Source: Octopus bimaculoides (lineage: Eukaryota). From it: 64,000 bases of DNA. The DNA lies in assembly GCF_001194135.2 (NCBI RefSeq), contig NC_068982.1:55477887-55541886 (forward strand), read 5' to 3'. Shown here piece after piece: positions 41,900 through 53,533 of the stretch. The translations under genes were made by a program, and so were the position numbers. The notes under the pieces are model-generated. The model ran no database searches. It was not told the origin of the DNA and saw nothing but the letters and a program-made list of their open reading frames with translations. The first letter of the stretch is position 1. Each line of letters opens with the position of its first letter.

Positions 41900-43900
41900 T
41901 AAACTTATTCTCCACCCCGACCTATCTTTGAAGGTGAATTTATAGATGGGGAAATAGTCTTTAAAACTGCCTTCTCTCATACCAATGTTGCATTTTGTTT
42001 TCCTCTAGAAGGCTGTTACCTTCACTTTGTAGATTATTGCTTTCATAAAACATTTTCCAGTTGCTTTCTTTGTTTTGATATTGTCTTCGGCTTCTTGAAT
42101 ATTGTTCTGACTATCTCCCAACATACCCGTATTATTATGATGCTGGTGTTTTTTATACTACTACAACAGACTAAACTTTGTTTTTCCTTTTTTTTAGTAC
42201 TTTGTAACTGAATAGGGCATATTTTTTTGTTAGGTCTAATACATTTATTGCCATAATTGATAATACATTTTTGCCGAAAGGTGTGTTAAACCATTTAATG
42301 TATTAGTTTGTTGCTCATGTTTGGGTAAGAAGCTCATACTTTTCTTTAAACTAGTCTTTTTTTAATGTAGTATTATAACTGACAACCTTTTTGAAAGTTT
42401 TTCTCTTTAAAGATGCATTAAATATTCTACTTAGGCTGCTAATTAAATGTCTAAATATATTGGGAGGTTGATAAGAATCTGTAAGGACCGTGAGATCTGG
42501 AGAAGGTGGCGAGGAATGGCTCCTTTAGTACGTCGCACTGTCGATACAAATAGAAACATGAAAAGAGGATAAATAAATATAAGTGCCAGAAGGAAAAGAG
42601 AGACACAACCGGTAGAAGGTTTTAAGAGGAGATCTTATTGATATGTCAACATGTATGTCTGTGTGTGTGAGTGCGACATATAAACATTAGTAGACAGGCC
42701 GTCATGTAAACAAAGTGTATGTATATACAAACATGGATATACGTGTGCGAGAAATGCAGAGCATAGGAAAGAGTCTACAATGAAGTTAGAAGAACGTCCA
42801 GATACAAGGATGATAAATACCAATTCATATTCAAGGTACACAGTGGTTGAGGTGCTGTAACAAGAAGTTGAGACCGCGTAGCAGAGCCGGGGAGAGGCAC
42901 ATGTCGTGAGAGGTCGTGGCTTCAATGCTGCTGCCGGTTACTTGGTACAGGAGTTCTCGCAGGTTGTATTTGCTGTTAGCCATGGTGAAGTAATTCGCAG
43001 TGTGGAGATAGAACCTGTGCGAGTGCTGTTGGTTGCTGTGTACGTAGCAAGAAGTTGTTGTTGACGTTAAGTAGATGGAGGCGACGAAGATGGAGATAGC
43101 CGTATGCTGTTGGTTGTGTGTTGAGTCTCCATGTGGTTGCTGTGGTGTCGTCGTTGGAACTGGCTGTGTACTCTGTGGTCAGTGGCTAGACCGCAGAAAG
43201 TCTGGAGCCGAGAAGACTGACAAAATGTGACGGTGAGAGGCTAGCTATTTATAACATACTGTTGGCTCAAACTGAGGTTCAGAAAAGACTGTCTCACGCG
43301 ACCTTATCTGAAGGCTGCATCTTGGCGCGCAATAGAACAGGAGACAAATTGCGCCAATACCAACCAATCAGAGTTTGATTGGTCAGAGTGGTGGACACAA
43401 CAGGGTCCAAAGGTGCGGCCGAAGGCTAGCTGTTATCTACTACGTCCGTATTCAAGTTTATATAACAAAGAGAGAAAGAAGTATCCCTTAAGGCGTGCGT
43501 TACAAATCTTATGTTCTCGTTCAGCTTTGTATATAGTTGGTATTTACTGATCTATCATAACTAAGGAGTTAACTATGCCTATGTTGGTGTTGACGGCAAC
43601 ATCAAGTTTAAATTCCTTTATGTGCTAATTAAGTCTTTCCTACACTTATCTAATATATAGATGTTTGTACAAGACTGCAAGGTCATTAACTATGAGAAAG
43701 AAATTTGGTACAAGGATACTGTGGAAAACTGTCTGGAAGATCGTTTCTGTTCGGACCGAGCAGGCTTTATCCGTCTCCTTTTTAACACCAAAAGGGTTGT
43801 TGTGGAAGTTGATTAGTCGCTTGTATCGAGGTAGTCAATAACAATATATTGTGAACGTCTGAGGCACCATTGTCACAATGGATAGCCTTTTCGCCATTGT
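41900..43900 (-). mobile_element. Penelope-like element 3, highly degraded, split by a solo LTR
   Basis: Minus strand gives IKWFNTPFGKNV and CFMKAIIYKVKV..NIGMREGSFKD. Confidence 0.6.
42480..43504 (-). mobile_element. Solo LTR (Gypsy-like)
   Basis: TGTAA...TTACA termini; 4-bp TSD AATC at 42476-42479 and 43505-43508; TATAAATA on the minus strand near 43185 and CCAAT motifs. Confidence 0.85.
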
Positions 43901-43954
43901 TGTGGTGTGCTTGTTGGTAATGTATTATAGTGATGTGGAATGTTTAAAAGAGGG

Positions 43955-44450
43955 TGTAAGAACGACCGTGCGAACCCAAAAGGAGAAATGGTGACGAATG
44001 GAAAAACAGGGCTCCTTTTATTAAACGCGTCACATGGTCGAACACAAAAATATATCAAATGATATACATATGTTATACTTCGATAACATAGTGAATTCGT
44101 AAATGGCCAGTAAGGAAGACGATAGAACACAACCGATTAAGATGAATAACCGTAATATTTATTGTAGCATAAAAATGTATGTCTGTGTGTGAGTGTGAAT
44201 GCGACATAATGAAAACACAATAAAAGACAGGCCGTCGTGTAAAGAAAAGTGTGTGTGTAAGTGATACATGTATGTGTATGCGTGAGATACAGCAGATAGA
44301 AAAAGAGTCAGTAACACATATAAGAATTTGCCAGTTCTTAGAGTACACAATAGTAACAGTCTGTATGTAAGAAGTTGAGGCGTGGGTAATTCTTGAAAAT
44401 CTGAGAAGCCATATCACGCCTCGCTGATTGGCCGATTTAGAGATCACTCA
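43955..44450 (-). mobile_element. Truncated LTR of a related family
   Basis: Starts TGTAAGAACGACCGTGCG; homologous to 14975-15310 and to part of 42480-43504; no second terminus found. Confidence 0.65.
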
Positions 44451-44597
44451 CGTGAAACAAAGGTAGCTCACTCGTGATGCCTAACCGAGTATCTAGCGGT
44501 TAGGGTTCGAATCACTATAGGGTCATTGACACTACACTACTTCCTTTGACTTTGCCATTAAAAAAGAAAAAGAGAGAGAGAGAAAAAAAGGTACTAA

Positions 44598-45146
44598 GCA
44601 TGGCTGTGTGGTAAGAAGTTTGCTTCCCAACCACATGGTTCCTGGTTCGGTCTCACTGCGTGCCACCTTAGGCTAGAGTCTTTTACAGATCTTTACCCCA
44701 AAAGTTATTTTTTAAATGTGTCGGCCAAAGGGTAAAGATCCATCTTTTACTATAGTCTTGGGCCGATTAAAGCCTTGTGAGTGGATTTCGTAGATGGAAA
44801 CTGAAAGAAACCCGTCATATATATATATATATATATATATAATAGCAGGTTTGTCTCCCATATTAATTGACGACCGGTTACGCAAAAATGGATAAAATAA
44901 GTACCAAACTTCAGGAAAAAAATCGATCAAAAATCCTTCAAGGCGGTGCCCTAAAATAGCTGCAGTCTAATGACTCCAGCAATTGGGTGTGTGGTAAGTA
45001 GCTTGCTTACGAACCACATGGTTCCGGGTTCAGTCCCACTGCGTGCCACCTTGGGCAAGTGTCTTCTACTATAGTCTCGGGCCGAACAAAGCCTTGTGAG
45101 TGGATTTGGTAGACGGAAACTGAAAGAGGCCCGTCGTATATATGTG

Positions 45147-45181
<35 letters not shown>

Positions 45182-45535
45182 ATGTTTGTCNNNNNNNNNN
45201 NNNNNNNNNNNNNNNNNNNNNNNNNNNNNNNNNNNNNNNNNNNNNNNNNNNNNNNNNNNNNNNNNNNNNNNNNNNNNNNNNNNNNNNNNNNNNNNNNNNN
45301 NNNNNNNNNNNNNNNNNNNNNNNNNNNNNNNNNNNNNNNNNNNNNNNNNNAACATCGCTTGACAACCGATGCTGGTGTGTTTATGTCCTGGTAACTTAGC
45401 GGTTCGGCAAAAGAGACCGATAGAATAAGTACTAGGCTTCCAAAGAATAAGTCCTGGGGTCGATTTGCTCGACTAAAGGCGGTACTCCAGCATGGCCACA
45501 GTCAAACGACTGAAACAAGTAAAAGAGTAAAAGAA
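44598..45535 (+). mobile_element. Two tandem SINE copies (about 44598-44968 and 44983-45535) just upstream of ACTR6
   Basis: Both have the GTGTGGTAAG.AG.TTGCTT head and the AAAAGAGACCGATAGAATAAGTAC-type tail region. Confidence 0.8.
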
Positions 45536-45934
45536 TAAGGGTAACCGAAAATAATGGAATGTTGAAAAAGTTCAAAAGGCTGGTTTGCTGTGAATTAAAA
45601 ACTTTCCTCGGCATTAGCTCACAAAATAATAGGGAATTATTAAATGAACATCGGTATATTATATTTATTTATTGACTGATCGTGAAAAAAAAACAACGTC
45701 CGACAAATTTTAAATGTAAATACTTGATACAGCAGACTGGCTATCGTATCGTGACTGCTGGTGCACACTCGTTTACGACAATTACTTCCAAATTAATTAT
45801 TAATAATAAAAATGATATGAAAAAACTTTAATACGTTTTAAACTGTTCAAATAATTTTAAAAATCCATTTAAACGGTTTTTGTAGAGAAAGAGAAATATT
45901 ACTGTTTACGACATTAAGTTTGATTTATGGCACG

Positions 45935-46005
45935 ATGGCGGTAGTTGTTCTAGACAACGGTGCCGGTTTTTCCAAAATAGGATTTTCCACTGATGGACAA
46001 CCAAG
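45935..46005 (+). CDS. ACTR6: Actin-related protein 6, coding exon 1
   Basis: MAVVVLDNGAGFSKIGFSTDGQP (actin-fold DNG motif); donor AG|GTAAT, phase 2. Confidence 0.92.
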
Positions 46006-46271
46006 GTAATATCTCCAAAGTACTTCATGCATTTATTTTATTCAGTGCATTACATTTCCCATTTTTTTTTCCAAACTTGGTATTGTATTAATCGAAATTA
46101 TTTAGAGTTCACTAATTGAAATCCACTCACGTGGCTTCATCGTCTTTTGTTTATATCTACATCTATCTATCTGTCTATTTATCTATTGGTCTATCTATCT
46201 ATCTGTCTATCTATCTCTCTATCGCACACACACTCACATGTTTGTGTGTGTGTATATATATATATTTCTAC

Positions 46272-46468
46272 GGTACTACTAAAGCAGCGCGGACCCAAAC
46301 GCGCAGTCGCGCGTCCGCGCTAGCTAGTCGTGAGTGGTCGATCCTAACCCTAACCCTAACCCTAACCACGCGGGTTAGGGTTAGGGTTAGGGTTAGGATC
46401 GACTACTCAAGACTAGCTAACGCGGACGCGCGACTGAGCGTTCGGGTCCGCGCTGCTTTAGTAGTACC
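46272..46468. mobile_element. 197-bp palindromic MITE (Merlin- or MULE-like) carrying (CCCTAA)4/(TTAGGG)4
   Basis: 96-bp arms with 5 mismatches and 5-nt loop; TIR GGTACTACTAAAGC; perfect 9-bp TSD TATTTCTAC at 46263-46271 and 46469-46477. Confidence 0.92.
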
Positions 46469-47349
46469 TATTTCTACTACCTGTTAAGACGGACGAATAA
46501 ATATATCGACGCTAAGCTTTGCTCTGTCGCTATTTTGATGTGTTGTGTATTTTTTTCGTTTTATTTACTGTATATTCCTCTCATTTGAGAAAGAGAGAGA
46601 GGGAGAGATGTATACATATATTGTTCCAGATTTAATGTGGTGATAAACTGTAAAGACTGGCTCTGTAAAGTTCGAAAAATACGATTGTTGTTTTTCTTTG
46701 TGAATATAAGGGACATTACTGTAGCTATTTCACTTAAGGGATTAAACTTTAAACGTGTCATTAACGGTATTAGTAATGTTGCGGGTAACTGGGTATTTGT
46801 TGTGCAACCAGGTTGAAAAATAACATTAGTGTCGACCTTTTAATATGCAAGCGCCCTAATTTAATTTTTTGAAACAGTGGATCGCGAAGCACATGAAGCT
46901 ATAAACAGTAGCATGTAAATATTGGGTTTCTAAGAAAATTATTTCACGTTTTCGTGAAACTTTATAAGTTCTTATGGCGTCAGTAACATAGTAATTTTAA
47001 TTAAAACTCGTATAAAAGTTTGAAGGAAACTATTGCTGCACATGTTCGAAGATGCGTGTTGTTTTTCAGTAGATAAAATGAGATAAGGCAGCGAGATGGC
47101 AGAATAGTTTGCACGCCGGGCAAACGCTTAGCGGCATTTCGTCTGTTTTTAAGTGCTGAATTCAGATTCCGCTGAGGATGACTTTGCTTTTGGGGTCGAT
47201 GTAATCGATTTACAAACTCCCACAAAATTGCTGGCCTTGTGTTAAAATTTGAAACCAATAGATATAATGAAATTTCTTCCAATTAAATGTTTCACTTTAA
47301 TGCTAGAGTTTTTATTTCCGTTTTAAAATTAATTAATTTGTCATTTCAG

Positions 47350-47467
47350 GAATGTCCCAAATTGTGTTTCCAAAGCCAAAAATGTACGAACGCGAATATT
47401 CATTGGTGACCAGATTGAAGACTGCAAGGACCTTTCTGGACTGTATTACCTTCTTCCATTTCAAAAG
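47350..47467 (+). CDS. ACTR6: Actin-related protein 6, coding exon 2
   Basis: NVPNCVSKAKNVRTRIFIGDQIEDCKDLSGLYYLLPFQK; TTTCAG|G acceptor, AAG|GT donor; 118 nt keeps frame. Confidence 0.95.
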
Positions 47468-47509
47468 GTTTTTATTCTTATTTTTGTCTGCGGATGACAA
47501 GCCCCCTAG

Positions 47510-49790
47510 ATCATCATCATCATCATCATCGTTTAACGTCCGTTTTCCATGCTGGCACAGGCTGGACGGTTTAACTGGGGACTGGCTGCACCAGGCTCCA
47601 ATCTGATCTGGCAATGTTTCTACAGCTGCATTGTCTTCCTAACACCAACACTCTGTGAGTGTAGTGAGAGCTTTTTACATGCCTCTGGCATGGGAGCCAG
47701 TCAGCCAGCACTGGCATTGGCCACATTCAGATGGTGCTTTTTACGTGCCACCGGCACAGGGAGCCAGTCAGGTGGCACTCATATCAACCCACACATGAAT
47801 GGTGCTTATTGCGTGCCAACAGCACAGGAGCCAGTCAGGTGGCACTGGCATCAGCCACATCTACAATTTCCATTTGATTTCGATTTGATTGACATTCTGA
47901 CTATGACTTTGATTTTGATTTTACTTGACCCAATAGGTCTCCTCAAGCATGGCGTGTTGCCCGATTATTCAAAGGTACTTTTTAAATGGCTGGTTATGCA
48001 ACACTGGTATAGGTTACGGCTGTGATCTCACTTCACTTGCCGGGTCTTCTCAATCACAGCATATCTCCAGAGGTCTTGGTCTCTTGTCATTGCCTCTATG
48101 AAGCCCAACATTTAAAGGTCATGCTTCACCACCACATCCCATGTCTTCCTGGGTCTACCTCTTCCACGGGTTCCTTCCACTGTTAGGGAGTGACACTTCT
48201 TCACACAGCTCTCCTTATCTATACACAACACATGACCATACCAGCACAGTCGTCTCTCTTGCACACCACATCTGATGCTTCTTATGTCCAACATTTCTCT
48301 CAAGGCACTTACACTCTGTGTGTGTACACTGACATTACGCATCCAGCGGATCATACTAGCTTCATTCCTTTCAAGCCTGCATATGTCCTCAACTGTGATG
48401 GCCCATGTTTCACTACCTTGTAGCATGGCAGTTCACACACATGCATCATACAGTCTACCTTTCACTCTGAGCAAGAGGCCCTTTGTTACCAGCAGAGGTA
48501 GGAATTTTCTGAACTTTGCTCAGACTATTCTTATTCTAGTGGCAACGCTCTCAGAGCATCCACCCCCACTACAGACTTGGTCACCTAGGCAGCAGAAGCT
48601 ATCAACTACTTCTAGTTTCTCCCCTTAGCATGTGATGGAATCTGTTTTCTGAACATCTTCGGTGTTTATTGCCCCTGTGCATCTGCTGCACACAAAAACT
48701 ATCATCCTGGTTAACCTTCCTTTGATGTTGCTGCACCTCATATGTGTCCATAGCTTACACTGGGTACATCTTATGGAGTTTCTACCTACACCTTTTCGAC
48801 AGATCAAGCAGGGCCATCTACCTGAAGGGGTTTGTGATTTGTTCACCTTCCTACTTACTAGAACTTTGGTTTTTGCAACATTGACTCTAAAGCACTTTGA
48901 TTCTAAACCTTGCTTCCGCACATGAAATTTCTTCTCTAGTTCTGGTAGTGATTCAGTTATGAAAGCAAGGTCATCAGCATAGTGAAGCTCCCAGGGACAG
49001 CCTGTCTTGAATTCCTGTTATTGCCTGAATAAGAGGGGGCTGAGGGCTGATCCTTGGTGAACTCCTACTTCTACCTGGAATTCTTCACTATACTTGTTGC
49101 CGACCCTCACCTTACTGACAGCATCCCTGTACAGCTCTTACTAATCACTCGTCTATCCATAGTTTCTGCATCATCCACCAGATAAGGGATCGGGAGACCC
49201 TGTCAAAGACTTTCTCCAATCAACAAAAGCCAAGTACAGAAGTTTATCGTTGGTTAGGTATTTCTCCTGTAGTTGCCTTACCAGAAATATAGCATCAGTG
49301 GTGCCTTTACCTGGCACAAAACCGAACTGCATCTCATCTAGACCAACTCTCTCCGTAATTAGTTGGGCATTGACCCTCTCCGTGACCTTCATCACCTGAT
49401 CCAGCAGTTTGATACCTCTGTAGCTATTTCTGTTTAAAGCATCACCTTTACCTTTGCAGAAGTTGACTATGGAGCTGCTACACCAGTCATTGGGTATGAC
49501 TCCTTCGTGAACTACCTGATTTACAATATGGGTGACAAGACCATAACCCACACCATCAGATATTTTAAGCATCTTAGTAGTGATTCCTGATGGGGTGGGG
49601 GCTTTTCCTGACTTCATATCCTTAATTCTTTTATCTACCAGGGTGCTATCGATTCAGGTAGCTGGTCCCTCAACTGGATCAACATTTGGCGGGCTCTCCT
49701 CCTCCCATTCATTCTCCACATTCAGCAGCCTTTCATAATGGCATCTACAAGCCTCTTTCTCTGCAGAATCTTGACATTGACCTTCAATAT
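47510..49790 (-). mobile_element. RTE-clade LINE, 5'-truncated, antisense in ACTR6 intron 2
   Basis: ORFs 49171-49617 (YRGIKLL, QFGFVPGKGTTDAIF), 48625-48921 and 48112-48426 (RRLCWYGHV, GRGRPRKTW); (GAT)n tail at about 47510. Confidence 0.9.
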
Positions 49791-49899
49791 TTCATCCCAT
49801 GTCTTCCTGGGCCTCCCTCTTCTGCAGGCTCCATCCACATTAAATGGTTGGCACTTCTGTTTGCAACTGTCTACATCCATATGCATTACGTGACCAAAC

Positions 49900-50060
49900 C
49901 AACGCAGATTGGAGTGATTGGTGTTAGGAGGGGCATGCAGCTATAGAAACCATGATAAATCAGATTGGAACCTGGTGCAGCTCCCCAGTTTTCAGTCAAA
50001 CCGTCCAACCCATGCCAGCATGGAAAACAGACATTAAACGATTATGATGGTGATGATTTC
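49900..50060 (+). mobile_element. RTE 3' UTR copy in sense orientation; more sense copies at about 54190-54360, 54700-54870, 55940-56115, 56390-56580, 57060-57225 and 58290-58520
   Basis: GTTGG..TTAGGAAGGGCATCCAGC..TAGAAACC..CCATGCCAGCATGGAAAA..(GAT)n. Confidence 0.8.
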
Positions 50061-50179
50061 AAATATTATTTTAGTAGGTACTAACTTTCCATAATTATGT
50101 TTAAAAATATGCAGTTCTATTGGATCATTTAATTCTTTTTTTAATTTTGTTTAAATGCCTTTAAATTTTTATTTAACAG

Positions 50180-50248
50180 GGTTACCTAGTAAATTGGGAG
50201 ATTGAGAAACAAGTATGGGATTATCTCTTCAGCAAAGATGTTCTGAAG
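50180..50248 (+). CDS. ACTR6: Actin-related protein 6, coding exon 3
   Basis: GYLVNWEIEKQVWDYLFSKDVLK; AACAG|G acceptor, AAG|GTGAG donor. Confidence 0.95.
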
Positions 50249-51139
50249 GTGAGCTACATAGAAATTCATTTCTTTACTGATGCTGCTGCTGTAAGCTGTT
50301 TCATGGAATGGAAATTAATGAAATATCGAGGCATCTTTTCTCTTTTATCTTTTACTTGTTTCAGTCATTAGACTGCGGCCATGCTGGAGCATTGCTTTGA
50401 AGAACTTTTTTTTGGTTGAATGTATTGACCCCAGTACTTATTTTTTTACAAGCCTGGTACTTATCCTACTGGTCTCTTTTGCTGAACCACTAAATTACAG
50501 GGATATAAATACACCAACACCAGTTGGCACGCTACTGAGAAATGTAAGCAATGTATTTAAATAGACGGAATACTTTTTTTCACGGTTGGTTTGTTGCATT
50601 ACACAGGAGTTATGGGCAAAATGTTATAGTGCATGGCATATAAGTAATATGTGTGTAAAGTTTGGTGAAAATCGGTTGAAAACTGTAGAAATGCATATGT
50701 ATTACACACACACACTGACATCCTTTGTTTTATATAGAAAGATGGAGAGAAAAATGTCAAAAAACATCAATACATGTGAGTGATAAAGAAATATGGAGGG
50801 TTGTCTTGGGATGTGCTAGAAACAACAGCCAAATCTCCCTTAAATCATTCATGTTTCCCTCTGAAAATACTAACAAATTTCTTTCTTTTTCTTTTCTCAA
50901 AAAGGCTCCCCCATGGCTTTTAAGTGCAACTAAAATTGGCCAAAATAGGTCCAGAGTGGGATGATGAGGGAGGGGAGTAATATTAAATAAGTAACACACA
51001 CAAACATCTACACATACATATACATGTGTGATGACTGACATGCGTGAGTGTATGTCTGTAGGTGTCTCTCTTACTATATGTATGGGTCTGTTTATGAGAG
51101 GGTGTGTATTTTGTATATGTCTGTGACTGTGTGTGTGTC

Positions 51140-52335
51140 TATTTAAATACACTATTTACATTTCTCCCTCTATAGAAAACTGTTGTGTAATATTGCTCCA
51201 CTTTTATTCTTTCACTATTGTTTGTGTGTTTGTGTATTCGATGCGTACGAGATAGTAAAGGACATTTCAAAGCACCATGACGACATCACATATATGAGTG
51301 TATATGTGTCTCTGACTGTATGTGTGTGTGGGTCTATGAGTGTCTATGTCTCTCTGACAGTGTGTGTGTGTGTGTGTTTCCATGTTAGGTACGCTATTAA
51401 ACACACAAACATCTACACATACATATACACGTGATAACTTACATGCATGAATGTATGTCTATATGTGTCTCTCTTACTACATGTATGTGTCTGTATGTGA
51501 GACTGTATGTGTGCATATCATCACATTTTTGGCATGAATGTGTATGTGAGTGTCTATGTTTGTGCGCCTGTTACCTATGTTATTAAACACACATACATCT
51601 ACACAAACTCTTGATAAAAAGCAATTACATGGAAGGTTCAAGTTAAAAATAAAAATACACATCTACCATTCCATTAACACTTATTGCAGCTGTTACAAGA
51701 TATTTACAATTTGCTTATATTTGGTTACTTTACACTGCATACAAAAATATAGACATACAACTGCTTGCAAAAATAGATATTCATATTTTTTTCTTTGTAC
51801 ATAATTTTTTATTTACATTATTGAAAAAAAAAATTTGCCACCAAAGGAAAGACGTAATCTTTTCAGAAACACCTATAAAGCAAGGAGGAGTGCAAAAAAC
51901 CGAAGGCAATAGTCTCAAGAGATATGGACATAAGACTTTCTCAAAATCAGCAAAGCATGCTGCAGCATGTCAGATGGAGTCTCAAGAAAGAAGGGAGATG
52001 AGACTTTCTCAAGTTCAACAAAAGGATACTGCAGCACATCAGATGGAGTCTCAAGAGAGAAAGATGATGAGACTTTCCCAAGATCAGCAGAGGCATGCTG
52101 CAGCACTTAATGCTGAATCATTAAAACAATGTTTAGCATGTCAGATTACACAGAGGCCCAATAGAATAGCTCTCCAAAACAAACCACATACAAATTCGTT
52201 CTTCACAACACCTGGAGCTGCATTGAGATATGATCCATCCCATTCTTATAAAAATGATAATTCTGTCCAAATTGATGTGCTAAACTCAAATTGTTGTTTA
52301 TGCACTTTCCTGTATCACCTGTTTCAACATGAATG

Positions 52336-52368
<33 letters not shown>

Positions 52369-52413
52369 AACTATGTGGTTTTAATCTCAAGCAACCCCAG
52401 GTGTCTCTGCTAG
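51140..52413 (+). mobile_element. Non-autonomous Helitron C, same family as A, in ACTR6 intron 3
   Basis: ORF 51821-52384 has 23-aa SQERREMRLSQ repeats and ALRYDPSHSY; CTGCTAG|T end at 52413. Confidence 0.8.
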
Positions 52414-52829
52414 TACATGCTAAAGAAAAGAAAATTTGAAAAACTAGGAATTTTTTGCAACCTGGTGGTGAAAGACCTGGGTATATATAAAGTTGGAAGA
52501 GCTACTGGATAACAATGATACAGAGGAGCAGGGGGTGGGAGGACCTGATTGGGAAGTGAGAGCTAGGCATAGTGAATGAAGGAGGAAATATGAAAAAGAG
52601 AGGCTAGCAGATGGCAACAATAGAATGAAACAAGGCATGTGAGTAGAACGCACAGGTTGGGGCAAGCAGACAGCAATGATACAGTGGCATCCAGGCCAAG
52701 AGGACAAAATTGGGGAGTGGGAGGTAATCATAGTACTTGAAGCAGGAATGTGAGGAAGAGAAGGGATGTAGAGACGTAGTTTGGTTCATTGTGGTGGAGA
52801 GTGTGAGAAGTTTTCTACACAGTGCTTCG

Positions 52830-53215
52830 AGAATTCAGTTTCGCTGATATGGGTGGGTCTTCTCAAAAGCTTCATATTGCCAGACATCTCAGTCCATGGT
52901 CATTTCTTCTGTGAGGTCCAACTTTCTGAGATCAGTCCTTACCACTTCATCCCATGTCTTCTTGAGTCTCCCTCTTCCACAGGTACCATCCACTTTCAGT
53001 GATCAGCACTTCTTTATGCAGCTGTCCTCATTCATACATATCACAAGTCCAAACCAACATAGTCTTCTCTCTTGCATGCTACATTTGACACCTATTATGC
53101 CCAACTTTTCTCTCAATACATTTGCACTTTGTTGTACATATACACTGATATTGCACATCCAACGAAGCATACTACCTTCATTTCTCTCCAGTTTACGCAT
53201 GTCTTCAACATTCCA
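52830..53215 (-). mobile_element. RTE LINE ORF2 C-terminal fragment
   Basis: ORF 53003-53200: RNEGSMLRWMCNI..RRLCWFG. Confidence 0.8.
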
Positions 53216-53409
53216 CCCGATTACACCTACCTTTCAATGTCATTCTAAAAATATACAATTACATCATCAAAATTTTGAAGCTATGAGATAGTGCATGGTT
53301 AATTAAAAACAATGTGAATGAAAAAGCATTACATTTTACAGAATAATCTGAATGCTAAGGGGTTAAAATATGGCATTTTTTAAAATGATTTATTATCAAC
53401 TGTTTGCAG

Positions 53410-53533
53410 GTGAACTTCAGTGAGACAACACTTGTTGTCACTGAACCCCACTTCAACTTCTTATCCATTCAAGAAGCAATGAATGAAATTTTCTTTGAGG
53501 ATTACCAATTCCAAGCTATCTATAGAACCAATG
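53410..53533 (+). CDS. ACTR6: Actin-related protein 6, coding exon 4
   Basis: VNFSETTLVVTEPHFNFLSIQEAMNEIFFEDYQFQAIYRTN; TGCAG|G acceptor, G|GTAAG donor. Confidence 0.95.
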
